NCBI GenBank assembly: GCA_965223415.1
Contig: OZ245002.1
Span: 2,092,388-2,156,387, forward strand
DNA length: 64,000 bases
DNA from: Myxococcota bacterium
GTDB taxonomy: Bacteria; Myxococcota_A; UBA9160; UBA6930
Direction of reading: 5' to 3'
Positions 18,011 to 27,996 of this stretch are shown here, in pieces (position 1 is the stretch's first letter; every line of letters starts with the position of its first letter). Below the pieces are notes generated by a model. The model ran no database searches, was not told where the DNA came from, and saw nothing but the letters and a program-made list of their open reading frames with translations. The position numbers were made by a program, and so were the translations under genes.

Positions 18011-18748
18011 CTACCAGCGGTAGGGCGTCTGGGGCACGTGCTCGTTCCAGACGAGCCAACCCGGGTGCTCGGTGAGCCAGCCCTCGACCCGGTCGAAGCC
18101 GAAGGCTTCCTCGCCCGGATGCAGGGCGTCGTAGAGGGCGGAGACCAGCCGGTAGTCGTCGGCGGTGTCCACGGCGAGCCGCCACGGGCGCCGATCCGGT
18201 GTGCGATCGAGATACGCGGCCGGGCCCGCCTGTCCCCGCCAGAGCCAGGGCGTCACGTGCTCGCGCTCGTAGGGGTCCCGCGCCTCGCGGTGCGCCCGGA
18301 GCAGCGCCGCCGCGGTGAAGGCCTCCGCGTCGAGACCGATCGGGTAGCCGCTCTCGAGGGCCGTCGACGCGAACGCCACGTCGAGGCCCTGGCGCAGGGC
18401 GAGCACCGACGCACCGACCGCCGGGTCGTAGAGCGGGCAGTCCGACGTGACGCGAAGCACGACGGAGGCGCCGGTCGCATCCACCGCCAGGGCCGTTCGC
18501 GCGAGCACGTCCTCCTCCGGTCCGCGCACGACGTGCACGCCCCTGTGCAGAGAAGCGACGTCGACCACCGGCTGCTGAGCCGCGCCCTCGGGAAGGGCGA
18601 CGCAGATTTCGTCGACGCCCGGCGTCCGCCCGACCCGCTCGATCACCCGCGAGAGGAGCGGGGCTCCGGCGAGGGGCAGGCACACCTTGCCCGGCAGCCG
18701 TGTCGAGGTGCCCCGCGCCTGGATCACCGCCACGACGGGCCCGCTCAC
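18011..18748 (-). CDS. SpsF/FlmC-like cytidylyltransferase (probable CMP-pseudaminic acid synthetase role)
   Basis: AVIQARGTSTRLPGKV motif of the COG1861 cytidylyltransferase family. The GTG at 18746..18748 overlaps the pseI stop (GTGA). An alternative ATG lies at 18772. Confidence 0.7.
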   Translation of the reverse strand: MSGPVVAVIQARGTSTRLPGKVCLPLAGAPLLSRVIERVGRTPGVDEICVALPEGAAQQPVVDVASLHRGVHVVRGPEEDVLARTALAVDATGASVVLRVTSDCPLYDPAVGASVLALRQGLDVAFASTALESGYPIGLDAEAFTAAALLRAHREARDPYEREHVTPWLWRGQAGPAAYLDRTPDRRPWRLAVDTADDYRLVSALYDALHPGEEAFGFDRVEGWLTEHPGWLVWNEHVPQTPYRW

Positions 18749-19800
18749 GACGCCTCTCCCAGCTGTTCCCACTGGAGGGGCTCGCCCCGCTTCAGATCGC
18801 GGAGCGCCGGGCGACCGAGCACCGCGCCCAGGTGACGCGGCTCGAGGCCGAGGGCGGGACGGATCGAGCGCACCGCGTCACGGGTGAGCCGCTCTCCGGC
18901 TGCCACGTCCCGCACGACGTAGAGCGAGCGCCGACACCGGCGGCTGCTCGCCTCGCAGGCAGCCGGTGCCGAACGTCCGTCGCCCAGGCCTTCCCAGGCG
19001 GCCCGCACGTCGCGCACCATCGCCGCGAACTCGTCGGGCTCCAGGCTGAAGCCCGCGTCGGGGCCGCCGTCGGCTCGCGCCAGGGTGAGGTGCTTCTCGA
19101 TCAGGCTCGCGCCGAGGGCGACCGCGGCGATCGGAGCGGCGGGCCCGAGGCTGTGGTCCGACAGCCCGGTGACGACGCCGAACTCCGCCGCGAGGGTCGC
19201 CATGCGGCGCAGGTTCATCTCGCCGGGCGGGGTCGGGTAGCCGCTCACGCAGTGCAGCAGCGCCAGGTCGGTGCCGCCGGCGGCCCGGGCCGCGGCGAGG
19301 GCGCGTCGGATCTCGTCGGGCGTGGCCATGCCCGTGGAGAGGACGACCGGGCGTCCGGTCGCCGCGGCCCGCGCGATCAGCTCGAGATCGCCCAGCTCGA
19401 AGGACGCGATCTTGTAGGCTGGTGCGTCCAGCCGCTCGAGGAAGTCGACGGTCGCCGGGTCGAAGGGGGAGCTGAAGACAGCCATTCCCAGCTCGCGGCC
19501 GCGGGCGAAGAGCGCCGGGTGCCACGCGGCGGGCGTCTGGGCCTCGGCGTAGAGCTCGAACAGGTTGCGACCGCGCCAGGGGCCGTCCTCGATGTGGAAC
19601 CCCGGCCCGCTCTCGTCGAGGGTCATGCTCTCGGGCGTGTAGGTCTGGAGCTTCACGGCGTCGGCGCCGGCCCGGTGGGCGGCTTCGACGATGGCGAGGG
19701 CGCGGTCCCGATCGCCCAGGTGGTTCGCCGAGAGCTCCGCCACCACGTAGGGCGGCGCGCCGTCCCCAATCCAGCGTCTGTCCAGGGCGAATCCGCTCAC
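18745..19800 (-). CDS. pseI: pseudaminic acid synthase (NeuB family)
   Basis: 351 aa with YVVAELSANH, KLQTY and C-terminal SAF domain motifs. The GTG start overlaps the upstream stop. Confidence 0.9.
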   Translation of the reverse strand: MSGFALDRRWIGDGAPPYVVAELSANHLGDRDRALAIVEAAHRAGADAVKLQTYTPESMTLDESGPGFHIEDGPWRGRNLFELYAEAQTPAAWHPALFARGRELGMAVFSSPFDPATVDFLERLDAPAYKIASFELGDLELIARAAATGRPVVLSTGMATPDEIRRALAAARAAGGTDLALLHCVSGYPTPPGEMNLRRMATLAAEFGVVTGLSDHSLGPAAPIAAVALGASLIEKHLTLARADGGPDAGFSLEPDEFAAMVRDVRAAWEGLGDGRSAPAACEASSRRCRRSLYVVRDVAAGERLTRDAVRSIRPALGLEPRHLGAVLGRPALRDLKRGEPLQWEQLGEAS

Positions 19801-20534
19801 GGGCTCACTCCCAGGGTGCGCGGCTCGCGCCGGCCCCGTCGCAGGATCTCCCGGGCCTCGCGGCCGGTATTGAGGAGCAGGTCGACGGCGCTCGCCTGGG
19901 AGACGAAGCCGGCGCTGCACCGGGCACTGCACTGGGGATAGGGCGGTGGCTCGAAGTGCTGGATCGAGACGCGGATGCCGCGGCTGCGGAACGGCTCCTG
20001 GTCCTCGAGCAGGTAGGGCTCGGCTCCGGGGGCGGAGAGGTAGTGGGTGGCGCCCAGCTCCTCGCACAGGCCGGCCAGTCGCTCGCCCCGCCGCCCGCCG
20101 GCCTCGAGCCGCGAAGAGCGGTGGATCGGCACGTCGATGCCGAGCTCGTGGAACAGCCAGCCGATCAGCGCCAGGTTCAGCTCCGCGAGCCCCGTCCACG
20201 GCGCGCCGGAGGCGTAGGTGGCCTCGAGCCGCGACGCGAAAGGCTCGAGGGCGGGGGCGCGGGCGTAGGCGTGGCGGAGGGTGCGCAGGTGTTTGCGCCA
20301 GAAGTCCGCGTGGTCGATCGCGACGTCGCGGATGGTCTGTCCGCGCAGCCCCTTTACCCGCACCGGAACCGTCAGCCAATGCAGCGCGCCGCCGACGACG
20401 ATGCGATTGCGCTGCTGCCAGCTGCGGTGGGCGAAGCTGGCATCGTCGAGGAAGACGAAGCGATCGACCTGGTCCGCCAGGTCGAGGTAGCCGGGCCACG
20501 GCAGGTAGGTGGGCTGCATGATCGCGACCCGCAT
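19797..20534 (-). CDS. WbqC family protein
   Basis: MRVAIMQPTYLPWPGYLDL N-terminus is characteristic of the WbqC-like family. 245 aa. Confidence 0.75.
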   Translation of the reverse strand: MRVAIMQPTYLPWPGYLDLADQVDRFVFLDDASFAHRSWQQRNRIVVGGALHWLTVPVRVKGLRGQTIRDVAIDHADFWRKHLRTLRHAYARAPALEPFASRLEATYASGAPWTGLAELNLALIGWLFHELGIDVPIHRSSRLEAGGRRGERLAGLCEELGATHYLSAPGAEPYLLEDQEPFRSRGIRVSIQHFEPPPYPQCSARCSAGFVSQASAVDLLLNTGREAREILRRGRREPRTLGVSP

Positions 20535-21484
20535 CAGGTCGCCGCTCCCGCGAGCCGCTCCCACACCGCGCCCGCGACCCGGAAGCAGCCGCGGCCGTCG
20601 AAGGGGCGTGCGGCGGGCGGCCCCTGGGCGAGGGCCTCCTCCACCCGTGCCCAGGCCGCTTCCGGCTCCGCCTTCGGCTCCAGCCCGAGCAGTGCGCCCT
20701 CGCTCTCGAGCCAGGCGATCTCCTCCACCAGATCGGGCTCGTTGGGGAAGGCGACGCAGGGAACGCCGACGGTGAGCGCCTCCGGGACGATCATGCCTCC
20801 GGTGACCAGCGCGACCGAAGCCCGGCACAGGCGGCGGGCGAGCTCTTCCGCTTCCAGATCGACCCGCAGCTCGTGGCCGCCCGCTTCGCAGGTGCTGCGG
20901 AGCCGTTCCGGCTCCGCGAAGGACCCGCCGACGACCACGCATAGGTGCAGCGTCCCGGATGGCTCGGCGAGGAGCCCGAGCAGCCAGCGGGCCGCGTTCG
21001 CCCCGGAGCCCGCGACGACGATGACCTCGGGCACCTCGGCCGGCTCGCGGAGGCCCCGGGCCTCGGCGAAGGCCGGACGCAGGAGCGCGTAGCGCGGGCC
21101 GCACAGGCGGAGCGCCTCCTCCGGCAGCTTCGGGTAGGCATGGCGCGTCCCGGGACCGCTTCCGTTCACCACGACGTCGGCGCAGGCGGCGTCGCCGCCG
21201 TCGTCGACGACGACCCGGAGCCCGGAGGTCGCCACCCGGGCCTCGCGCGGATCCGGGTGGTCCACGACGAGCAGGTCGGCCCTCGCTGCCAGCGCCTCGT
21301 AGCGCGCGGGCGGCTCGATGCGGGCCCCGGGAAACAGCGCGGCGAGGTCGTCCGCACCCCGGCCCACGACGATCGGGGGCGCCGTCCCGGGCAGGGCGTC
21401 CAGCAGCGCCGCCGTGCGCACCGCGTGGCCGCGGCCCACCGAGGCGTCGGCATCGAGGCGTGCAACCGCGCAGGGACCGCTCAC
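20534..21484 (-). CDS. pseG: PseG-like UDP-2,4-diacetamido-2,4,6-trideoxy-beta-L-altropyranose hydrolase (GT28 C-terminal fold)
   Basis: About 316 aa with the GxGH motif (GRGHAVR) and a C-terminal GT-B half (TGGMIVPEAL). GTG chosen just downstream of the upstream stop. Confidence 0.65.
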   Translation of the reverse strand: MSGPCAVARLDADASVGRGHAVRTAALLDALPGTAPPIVVGRGADDLAALFPGARIEPPARYEALAARADLLVVDHPDPREARVATSGLRVVVDDGGDAACADVVVNGSGPGTRHAYPKLPEEALRLCGPRYALLRPAFAEARGLREPAEVPEVIVVAGSGANAARWLLGLLAEPSGTLHLCVVVGGSFAEPERLRSTCEAGGHELRVDLEAEELARRLCRASVALVTGGMIVPEALTVGVPCVAFPNEPDLVEEIAWLESEGALLGLEPKAEPEAAWARVEEALAQGPPAARPFDGRGCFRVAGAVWERLAGAAT

Positions 21485-21485
21485 G

Positions 21486-22187
21486 TCAGCGAACCGCCGA
21501 GACCAGCCAGTCGTCGTCCAGGAAGCGGCCGCCCTCACGGGTGACGCTTCGGCGATCCACCTGGACGTGGGTGAAGGGTCGGAACAGCTCGCGCAGGCTC
21601 GCCTCGTCGAGGAAGGTCATCTCCAGGCCCTCCTCGGCGGCCGCCGGCGTCCCGGCCAGTCCCTCGAGGCGGACGCGGTGATCGCCGATCGCCGTGCCGA
21701 AGACGAGGCGGGAATCCGCGTCGCTTCGCGTGCCGCACAGGAAGCGGCCGCCCGGCGCCAGCGCGCCGGCGACGCGCGAGATGGACGCGGCGATGCGCTC
21801 GAGGGGCGCGTAGCAATAGACCGACGCACACAGCACGGCGTCGAAGAAGCCTTCCGGGAACTCGAACGCGTCGATCGCGGCCTGCTGCGTGCCCAGCTCG
21901 AGGCCCTCTCCCGCGGCGCGGCGCAGGGCCTCGTCCAGACCCGCTCGCGACAGGTCGACGGCGAAGGTCTCGAAGCCCTCGCGGGCGAGGAACACCGCGT
22001 GGCGGCCCGCCCCGCAGCCGAGGTCGAGGGCGCGCGTGCTCCCGCGGCGCAGGCCGGGGAAGCTCGTGAGGGCCCAACGCACCACGGCCTCGTCCGGGTA
22101 GCGCGGGCAGTAGCGCGCTTCGCCGTGCAGCGCGTCCCAGCGCTCCCGCAAGCCCGCCTGCCCGACGTCGTCCAGCGCGGTCAGCAC
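21486..22187 (-). CDS. class I SAM-dependent methyltransferase
   Basis: Motif I LDLGCGAGRH and post-I FAVDLS. The GTG start is preceded by a GGAGG-containing RBS. Confidence 0.8.
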   Translation of the reverse strand: MLTALDDVGQAGLRERWDALHGEARYCPRYPDEAVVRWALTSFPGLRRGSTRALDLGCGAGRHAVFLAREGFETFAVDLSRAGLDEALRRAAGEGLELGTQQAAIDAFEFPEGFFDAVLCASVYCYAPLERIAASISRVAGALAPGGRFLCGTRSDADSRLVFGTAIGDHRVRLEGLAGTPAAAEEGLEMTFLDEASLRELFRPFTHVQVDRRSVTREGGRFLDDDWLVSAVR

Positions 22188-22204
22188 GCCCCCTCCTCGT
22201 TTCA

Positions 22205-22228
22205 GATCGAAACGCGGCGGTTTCGATC
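22205..22228. promoter_or_regulatory. palindrome GATCGAAAC-N6-GTTTCGATC in the divergent intergenic region
   Basis: Perfect 9-bp inverted repeat with a 6-nt spacer. It contains the GAAACGCGG core seen upstream of the other sigma54 promoters. Confidence 0.4.
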
Positions 22229-22290
22229 GGGAACCCGAGCCCCCCTCTCGCCCGCGCAGAAACGAGCGGAAGGCAGCGTCGACACGAGAG

Positions 22291-22306
22291 AGCAAGACCC
22301 GTGCCC
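22291..22306 (-). promoter_or_regulatory. candidate sigma54 promoter for the methyltransferase-pseG-wbqC-pseI operon
   Basis: The minus strand reads GGGCAC-gggtc-TTGCT, about 100 nt upstream of the GTG at 22187. Confidence 0.5.
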
Positions 22307-22322
22307 TGGCGCGGCGATTGCA
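22307..22322 (+). promoter_or_regulatory. candidate sigma54 promoter for the 22359 gene (and probably motAB)
   Basis: TGGCGC-ggcga-TTGCA, 37 nt upstream of the ATG at 22359. It abuts the minus-strand promoter directly. Confidence 0.55.
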
Positions 22323-22358
22323 TCGACCCGTAGGCGCGCGGGTGAAGAGGAGGAGACC

Positions 22359-22952
22359 ATGCGCCTGATCCAGGATGGACGGGAGTCCCAGGTCGAAGAC
22401 GGTGCGGAGAACGCGGAGGCCTTGCTCCTTCCGCGCCTCGCGCCCACCGGCGAGGATCCGCGGGTGGTCGTGCGCATGTGGCTCGACGGAAGCGACGTGC
22501 CCTCGAGCGAGCTCGGCGATCTCTCCGCGATCGCCGTGCAGGGCTGCGAGCTCCTGGAGGTAGAGACCGCGCCGGTGCGCGACGTCGCCCGGCAGAGCCT
22601 GGCGAGCGCGGGGGAGTACGCGGAGAAGGTGAAGGACGCTCTGCGGCATACCGCCGAGCTGATGCGCTCGGACCGTCCGGAGGTGGCCAACGAGCACTTC
22701 GCCGAGGCGATCGATGGGATGTCCGTGCTCTTCTTCACCCTCCAGGCCGCCGCTCAGCACCTCGGGCCGGAAGCTCGTCCGGTGGAGGAGATCGGCGCGC
22801 GCGTGCAGCCCTGGCTCGACGCCCTGACCGAGGCCCAGATCGCCCAGGACTGGATCCGCGTCGCGGACTACCTGGAGTACGAGATCGCTCCGGTGCTCGG
22901 AGAGGCGCGGGGCGCGATCGCCGCCGTGTGCGAGGGCGGCAGCCCGGGGTAG
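22359..22952 (+). CDS. hypothetical protein, flagellar-cluster associated
   Basis: ATG preceded by gaagaggaggag. 197 aa, acidic, with a helical C-terminal half. No recognisable domain. Confidence 0.6.
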   Translation: MRLIQDGRESQVEDGAENAEALLLPRLAPTGEDPRVVVRMWLDGSDVPSSELGDLSAIAVQGCELLEVETAPVRDVARQSLASAGEYAEKVKDALRHTAELMRSDRPEVANEHFAEAIDGMSVLFFTLQAAAQHLGPEARPVEEIGARVQPWLDALTEAQIAQDWIRVADYLEYEIAPVLGEARGAIAAVCEGGSPG

Positions 22953-23083
22953 AGACCCGAGGCGCGAATGCAGCGTTCTCCGGATCGATCCGCAGCCCGG
23001 GAGATCCGATAGCGGCGAAGGCGCGGAGGCGGGAGCGGGCTCCGCGCGGCCAACCCATGTCGGCTCCGCTCCGGTAGGCAGAG

Positions 23084-23848
23084 ATGGACCTCGCGACGCT
23101 GATCGGAATCGTCCTCGGGCTCGGCCTGATCGTCGGGTCGATGGCGCTCGGCGGTTCGATCATGGCGTTCGTGAACGTCCCGGGTCTGCTGATCGTGGTC
23201 GGCGGCACCATCGCGGCGACGCTCATCAACGAGTCCCTCGCCCAGGTGATCGGCGCCGTGAAGGTCTACCTCCAGGCGTTCTTCGAGAGGAAGGCTTCCG
23301 CGACGGAGCTGATCGAGAAGGTCGTCGATCTGGCGGCGAAGGCGCGCAAGGAGGGGCTCGTCTCGCTGGAGGGCGAGGACATCCCCGATCCCTTCCTCGC
23401 CCGCGGCGTCCAGCTCGGGGTCGACGGGCTCTCGCCCGAGATCATCAACGCCATCCTCGAGGGCGAGCTCAAGACCCTGAAGAGCCGGCACACCCGTGGA
23501 CAGACCGTCTTCAAGTTCATGGCCTCCACCGCGCCCGCCATGGGCATGATCGGCACGCTGATCGGCCTGGTGCAGATGCTCCAGAACATGTCGGACCCGT
23601 CGGCGATCGGTCCGTCGATGGCCGTGGCGCTCCTCACCACCCTCTACGGAGCCATCCTGGCCTTCGTCCTCTTCCAGCCCATCGCCTCGAAGCTGGAGAC
23701 CCGCACCAAGAGCGAAGTGGCCCACAAGACGCTGGCGATCATCGGCGTCGAATCCATCCTGAAGGGCGACAACTCGATGGTCATCCAGTCGAAGCTCGAC
23801 GCCTACCTCTCGCCCCAGGAAAGGGAAGCGAAGAAGGAGGAGAAGTGA
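23084..23848 (+). CDS. motA: flagellar stator protein MotA/PomA
   Basis: 254 aa, 4 TM, with MotA/TolQ/ExbB channel motifs (APAMGMIGTLIGLV, ALLTTLYG). Confidence 0.9.
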   Translation: MDLATLIGIVLGLGLIVGSMALGGSIMAFVNVPGLLIVVGGTIAATLINESLAQVIGAVKVYLQAFFERKASATELIEKVVDLAAKARKEGLVSLEGEDIPDPFLARGVQLGVDGLSPEIINAILEGELKTLKSRHTRGQTVFKFMASTAPAMGMIGTLIGLVQMLQNMSDPSAIGPSMAVALLTTLYGAILAFVLFQPIASKLETRTKSEVAHKTLAIIGVESILKGDNSMVIQSKLDAYLSPQEREAKKEEK

Positions 23849-24591
23849 GCGACGAAGACGAGGCCTTCGAGGAGCCGACGGCCCCAGCTTGGATGGCGAC
23901 CTTCGGGGACCTGATGAGTCTCCTGCTGTGCTTCTTCGTCCTCCTCCTCTCCTTCGCCAGCATGGACGCGAAGCGCTTCGCCGAGGTGAACGGCTCGATG
24001 CGCGACGCCTTCGGCGTCCAGCAGATCGAGCCCGGCGAGTTCGAGGCGCTGTCGGACGATCTCATCAGCCTGAACGACCGGTCGACCTCCTCCCACGTCA
24101 GCGTCATCGACGTGCCCACCCGCGCGAAGACCGACGCCAAGAGGCTGGTGCAGCGCATCAAGGCGAGCATCGCCGCCCAGCGCATGGATCGGCTGATCGA
24201 GGTGGAGGAGACGCCCCGCGGCGTCATGATCCGGGTGCCGGGCCAGCTGATGTTCTCCTCGGGCTCGACGGAGCTGAGGCCGGAATCGCTGGTCTTCCTG
24301 CGGGAGATCGCCGGCCTGATCAACGGGACGCCGGACACGGTGGCGATCGAGGGTCACACCGATGCGTCTCCCTCCTCCGCCACCACGACCAACTGGACGA
24401 TCTCCACGGCCCGGGCGGTGGCCACCCTCGAGTTCCTCGTCGACGTCGGCCACGTCGACCCCTCGCGCCTGCAGGCCACCGGCTTCGCGGACACGAAGCC
24501 CATCGCTTCGAACGAAGAGCCCGCCGGCCGTGCGAAGAACCGCCGCGTCGAGTTCACCTTCCTCCGCACGTCGGCCGAGGTGGAAGGGTAG
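23845..24591 (+). CDS. motB: flagellar stator protein MotB (OmpA-like C-terminus)
   Basis: Plug/TM region with the conserved Asp (TFGDLMSLLLCFF) and an OmpA-like domain (NRRVEF). GTGA overlap with motA. Confidence 0.9.
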   Translation: MSDEDEAFEEPTAPAWMATFGDLMSLLLCFFVLLLSFASMDAKRFAEVNGSMRDAFGVQQIEPGEFEALSDDLISLNDRSTSSHVSVIDVPTRAKTDAKRLVQRIKASIAAQRMDRLIEVEETPRGVMIRVPGQLMFSSGSTELRPESLVFLREIAGLINGTPDTVAIEGHTDASPSSATTTNWTISTARAVATLEFLVDVGHVDPSRLQATGFADTKPIASNEEPAGRAKNRRVEFTFLRTSAEVEG

Positions 24592-24609
24592 GCGGAAGGA
24601 TCTTCCGCC
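24591..24609 (+). terminator. hairpin after motB
   Basis: ggcggaag-gat-cttccgcc (8-bp stem) followed by the pyrimidine-rich cgacctttctcc. Confidence 0.45.
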
Positions 24610-24752
24610 CGACCTTTCTCCCTGAAACACCCGAAGCGTTCCGACTGAAACGGGGGTCGGAGCCCTCGAATCATGCGGCGCCCGCTCCCATCGCAGCGGA
24701 AAAGTCCAAAAAGAACGCAAGGTGTCCGCGTCTTCCGCCGATCGATGAGCCC

Positions 24753-26201
<1,449 letters not shown>

Positions 26202-26220
26202 CGAGGGCCAAGGAGAGCTC

Positions 26221-26730
26221 ATGGCGGACGAGGAAGCCGAAGAGACCACCGAAGAGGGCGGCGACGAGAAGGGCGGCAAGCCCTGGATGCTCATCATCCT
26301 GGCGGCGCTGGTGGCCCTGGGCCTCGGGGCAGGCGGCACCTTCTTCCTGCTGGGGGGGAAGGAGGAGCCCGTGGCGGCCGAGGCCGGCGAGGCGGACGCG
26401 GAGCCCGTCGAGCCGGACACCGAGTTCCAGGAGCGCGTCTTCTCCCTCGACCCCTTCGTCGTGAACGTCACCGGTGAGGGCTACCCGCGCTACCTGAAGA
26501 TGCAGGTCGCCTTCGAGATGAACACGGCCGAGGGCCGCATCGAGATCGAGAGCCGGGTCGCCCAGGTGCGGGACACGACGATCCTGCTGCTCTCGAGCAA
26601 GCGCCTCTCGGACATCAGCGATTTCGAGGGGAAGGCGCTCCTCAAGGATGACCTGCGAGACCGGGTGAACTCGCTCCTCAAGGCCGGCCGGGTCGAGAGC
26701 GTCCTCTTCACCGAGTTCGTGGTGCAGTAG
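26221..26730 (+). CDS. fliL: flagellar basal body-associated protein FliL
   Basis: 169 aa, single TM, with C-terminal FliL motifs (FVVNV, YLKMQVAFE, FTEFVVQ). Confidence 0.85.
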   Translation: MADEEAEETTEEGGDEKGGKPWMLIILAALVALGLGAGGTFFLLGGKEEPVAAEAGEADAEPVEPDTEFQERVFSLDPFVVNVTGEGYPRYLKMQVAFEMNTAEGRIEIESRVAQVRDTTILLLSSKRLSDISDFEGKALLKDDLRDRVNSLLKAGRVESVLFTEFVVQ

Positions 26731-26733
26731 ACG

Positions 26734-27645
26734 ATGAGTGAAGCCGAAGCCAGGGAGCTGCTCAGCCGCGAAGAGCTCGCGGCACTCCTGCAGGAGCTGC
26801 GGGAGGACCGGGGCAGTGCGCGGTCCTTCCCGGACAGCTCGAGCGGGCGCCTGGCGCCGGTCTCCCGCCTGCTCGGCGAGTTCGCGGACCAGCAGAGCCG
26901 CGCGCTCTCGACCCTGCACCAGCGCAGCATCGACCTCACGCTGCTGGACGTGGCCGAGGTGGCGATGCGCGAGTTCCAGGCGACGCTGCTTCCGGTGGAT
27001 CGGGTGATCGAGCTGGAGCTCGAGCCCGGAGGCCACCGGCTCTACCTCCTGCTGGGTCGGTCCTTCCTGTTCGCCTGGCTCGCCCTCGCCTTCGGTGCCA
27101 AGGAGAGCACGCCGGTCGTGAGCGTGCCCGAGCGCCACTACACCCGCATCGAGGAGCGCTTCATGCGGCGGGCGGCCGCCGAGCTGGTGCGGCATCTCGA
27201 GGCGACCTGGAGCTTCCGGAGTCCGGTGCAGATCCGCATCGTGGCGCTCGTCGATCCCGAGTCCCTGCCGCCTGCGTCTTCGAAGTGGGCGCTGGCGAGC
27301 TTCGACGCCCGTGGCCTGGGCGATCTCTGCCGGCTGCGCCTGCTGGTGGATCCCGGACTGTACGCCGCCGAGAGCGAGAGCACCGCCGACCAGGGCGAGC
27401 GCGCCGAGCTCGCCGTGGCCGTGCAGCAGGAGGTGCTCGAGATGCCGGTGCGCGTGCGCATAGAGGCCGGCTACGCGCAGGTGCCGCTGCAGCAGGTAGC
27501 CAACCTGCAGGTGGGCGACGTGATCCCGCTGGAGCGCGCCGATCGGCGTGGGCTGGTGGTGCGAATCGAGGACGAGGCGAAGTACCTGGCGGTGCGCGGC
27601 GCCGTGGGTGCGCGGCTCGCCGTGCAACTGGTCGAGAGCCTCTAG
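26734..27645 (+). CDS. fliM: flagellar motor switch protein FliM
   Basis: 303 aa. LSREELAALL N-terminal motif, a middle CheC-like domain and a C-terminal SpoA domain (LQVGDVIPL). Confidence 0.85.
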   Translation: MSEAEARELLSREELAALLQELREDRGSARSFPDSSSGRLAPVSRLLGEFADQQSRALSTLHQRSIDLTLLDVAEVAMREFQATLLPVDRVIELELEPGGHRLYLLLGRSFLFAWLALAFGAKESTPVVSVPERHYTRIEERFMRRAAAELVRHLEATWSFRSPVQIRIVALVDPESLPPASSKWALASFDARGLGDLCRLRLLVDPGLYAAESESTADQGERAELAVAVQQEVLEMPVRVRIEAGYAQVPLQQVANLQVGDVIPLERADRRGLVVRIEDEAKYLAVRGAVGARLAVQLVESL

Positions 27646-27656
27646 GAGCGGACGGA

Positions 27657-27965
27657 ATGGAGCAGGAGAAGCCGGACGAGACGGTGGCGGAGGCCACCGA
27701 TGGCGCTGCCGCCGAGAGCGGCTCCCTCGACCTCGTGATCGACGTGCCCCTGCGCGTCACCGTCGAGGTCGGATCCGCCTCCATGCTCGTGCGTGAGGTG
27801 CTCCAGTTCAGCAAGGGCTCGGTGATCGAGCTCGATCGCGCCGCCGGGCAGCCGGCGGACGTGCTGGTGAACGGGCGCCTGCTGGCCCGGGGCGAGGTGA
27901 CGGTCGAAGACGACCGCCTCGCCGTACGCATCGTGGAGATGCTGGCCCTTCCGCCGGGCTCGTGA
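27657..27965 (+). CDS. fliN: flagellar motor switch protein FliN
   Basis: 102 aa SpoA domain (DVPLRVTVEVG, VIELD, DVLVNGRLLARGEVTV). Confidence 0.85.
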   Translation: MEQEKPDETVAEATDGAAAESGSLDLVIDVPLRVTVEVGSASMLVREVLQFSKGSVIELDRAAGQPADVLVNGRLLARGEVTVEDDRLAVRIVEMLALPPGS

Positions 27966-27996
27966 GCCCGGCGGACCGACGCGAGGAGGGGAAGCG

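Noticed and set aside
22990-23020. A sigma28-like -10 element (tccgatag) upstream of motA.
   Set aside because: No TAAA-type -35 lies at the required 15-nt spacing, and no fliA gene is in the window. motA is more simply explained by read-through from the sigma54 promoter at 22307.
24712-24724. The 10-nt match agaacgcaag to the start of the palindromic element, upstream of the first activator gene.
   Set aside because: The match is too short and lacks the rest of the arm. It is probably coincidental.
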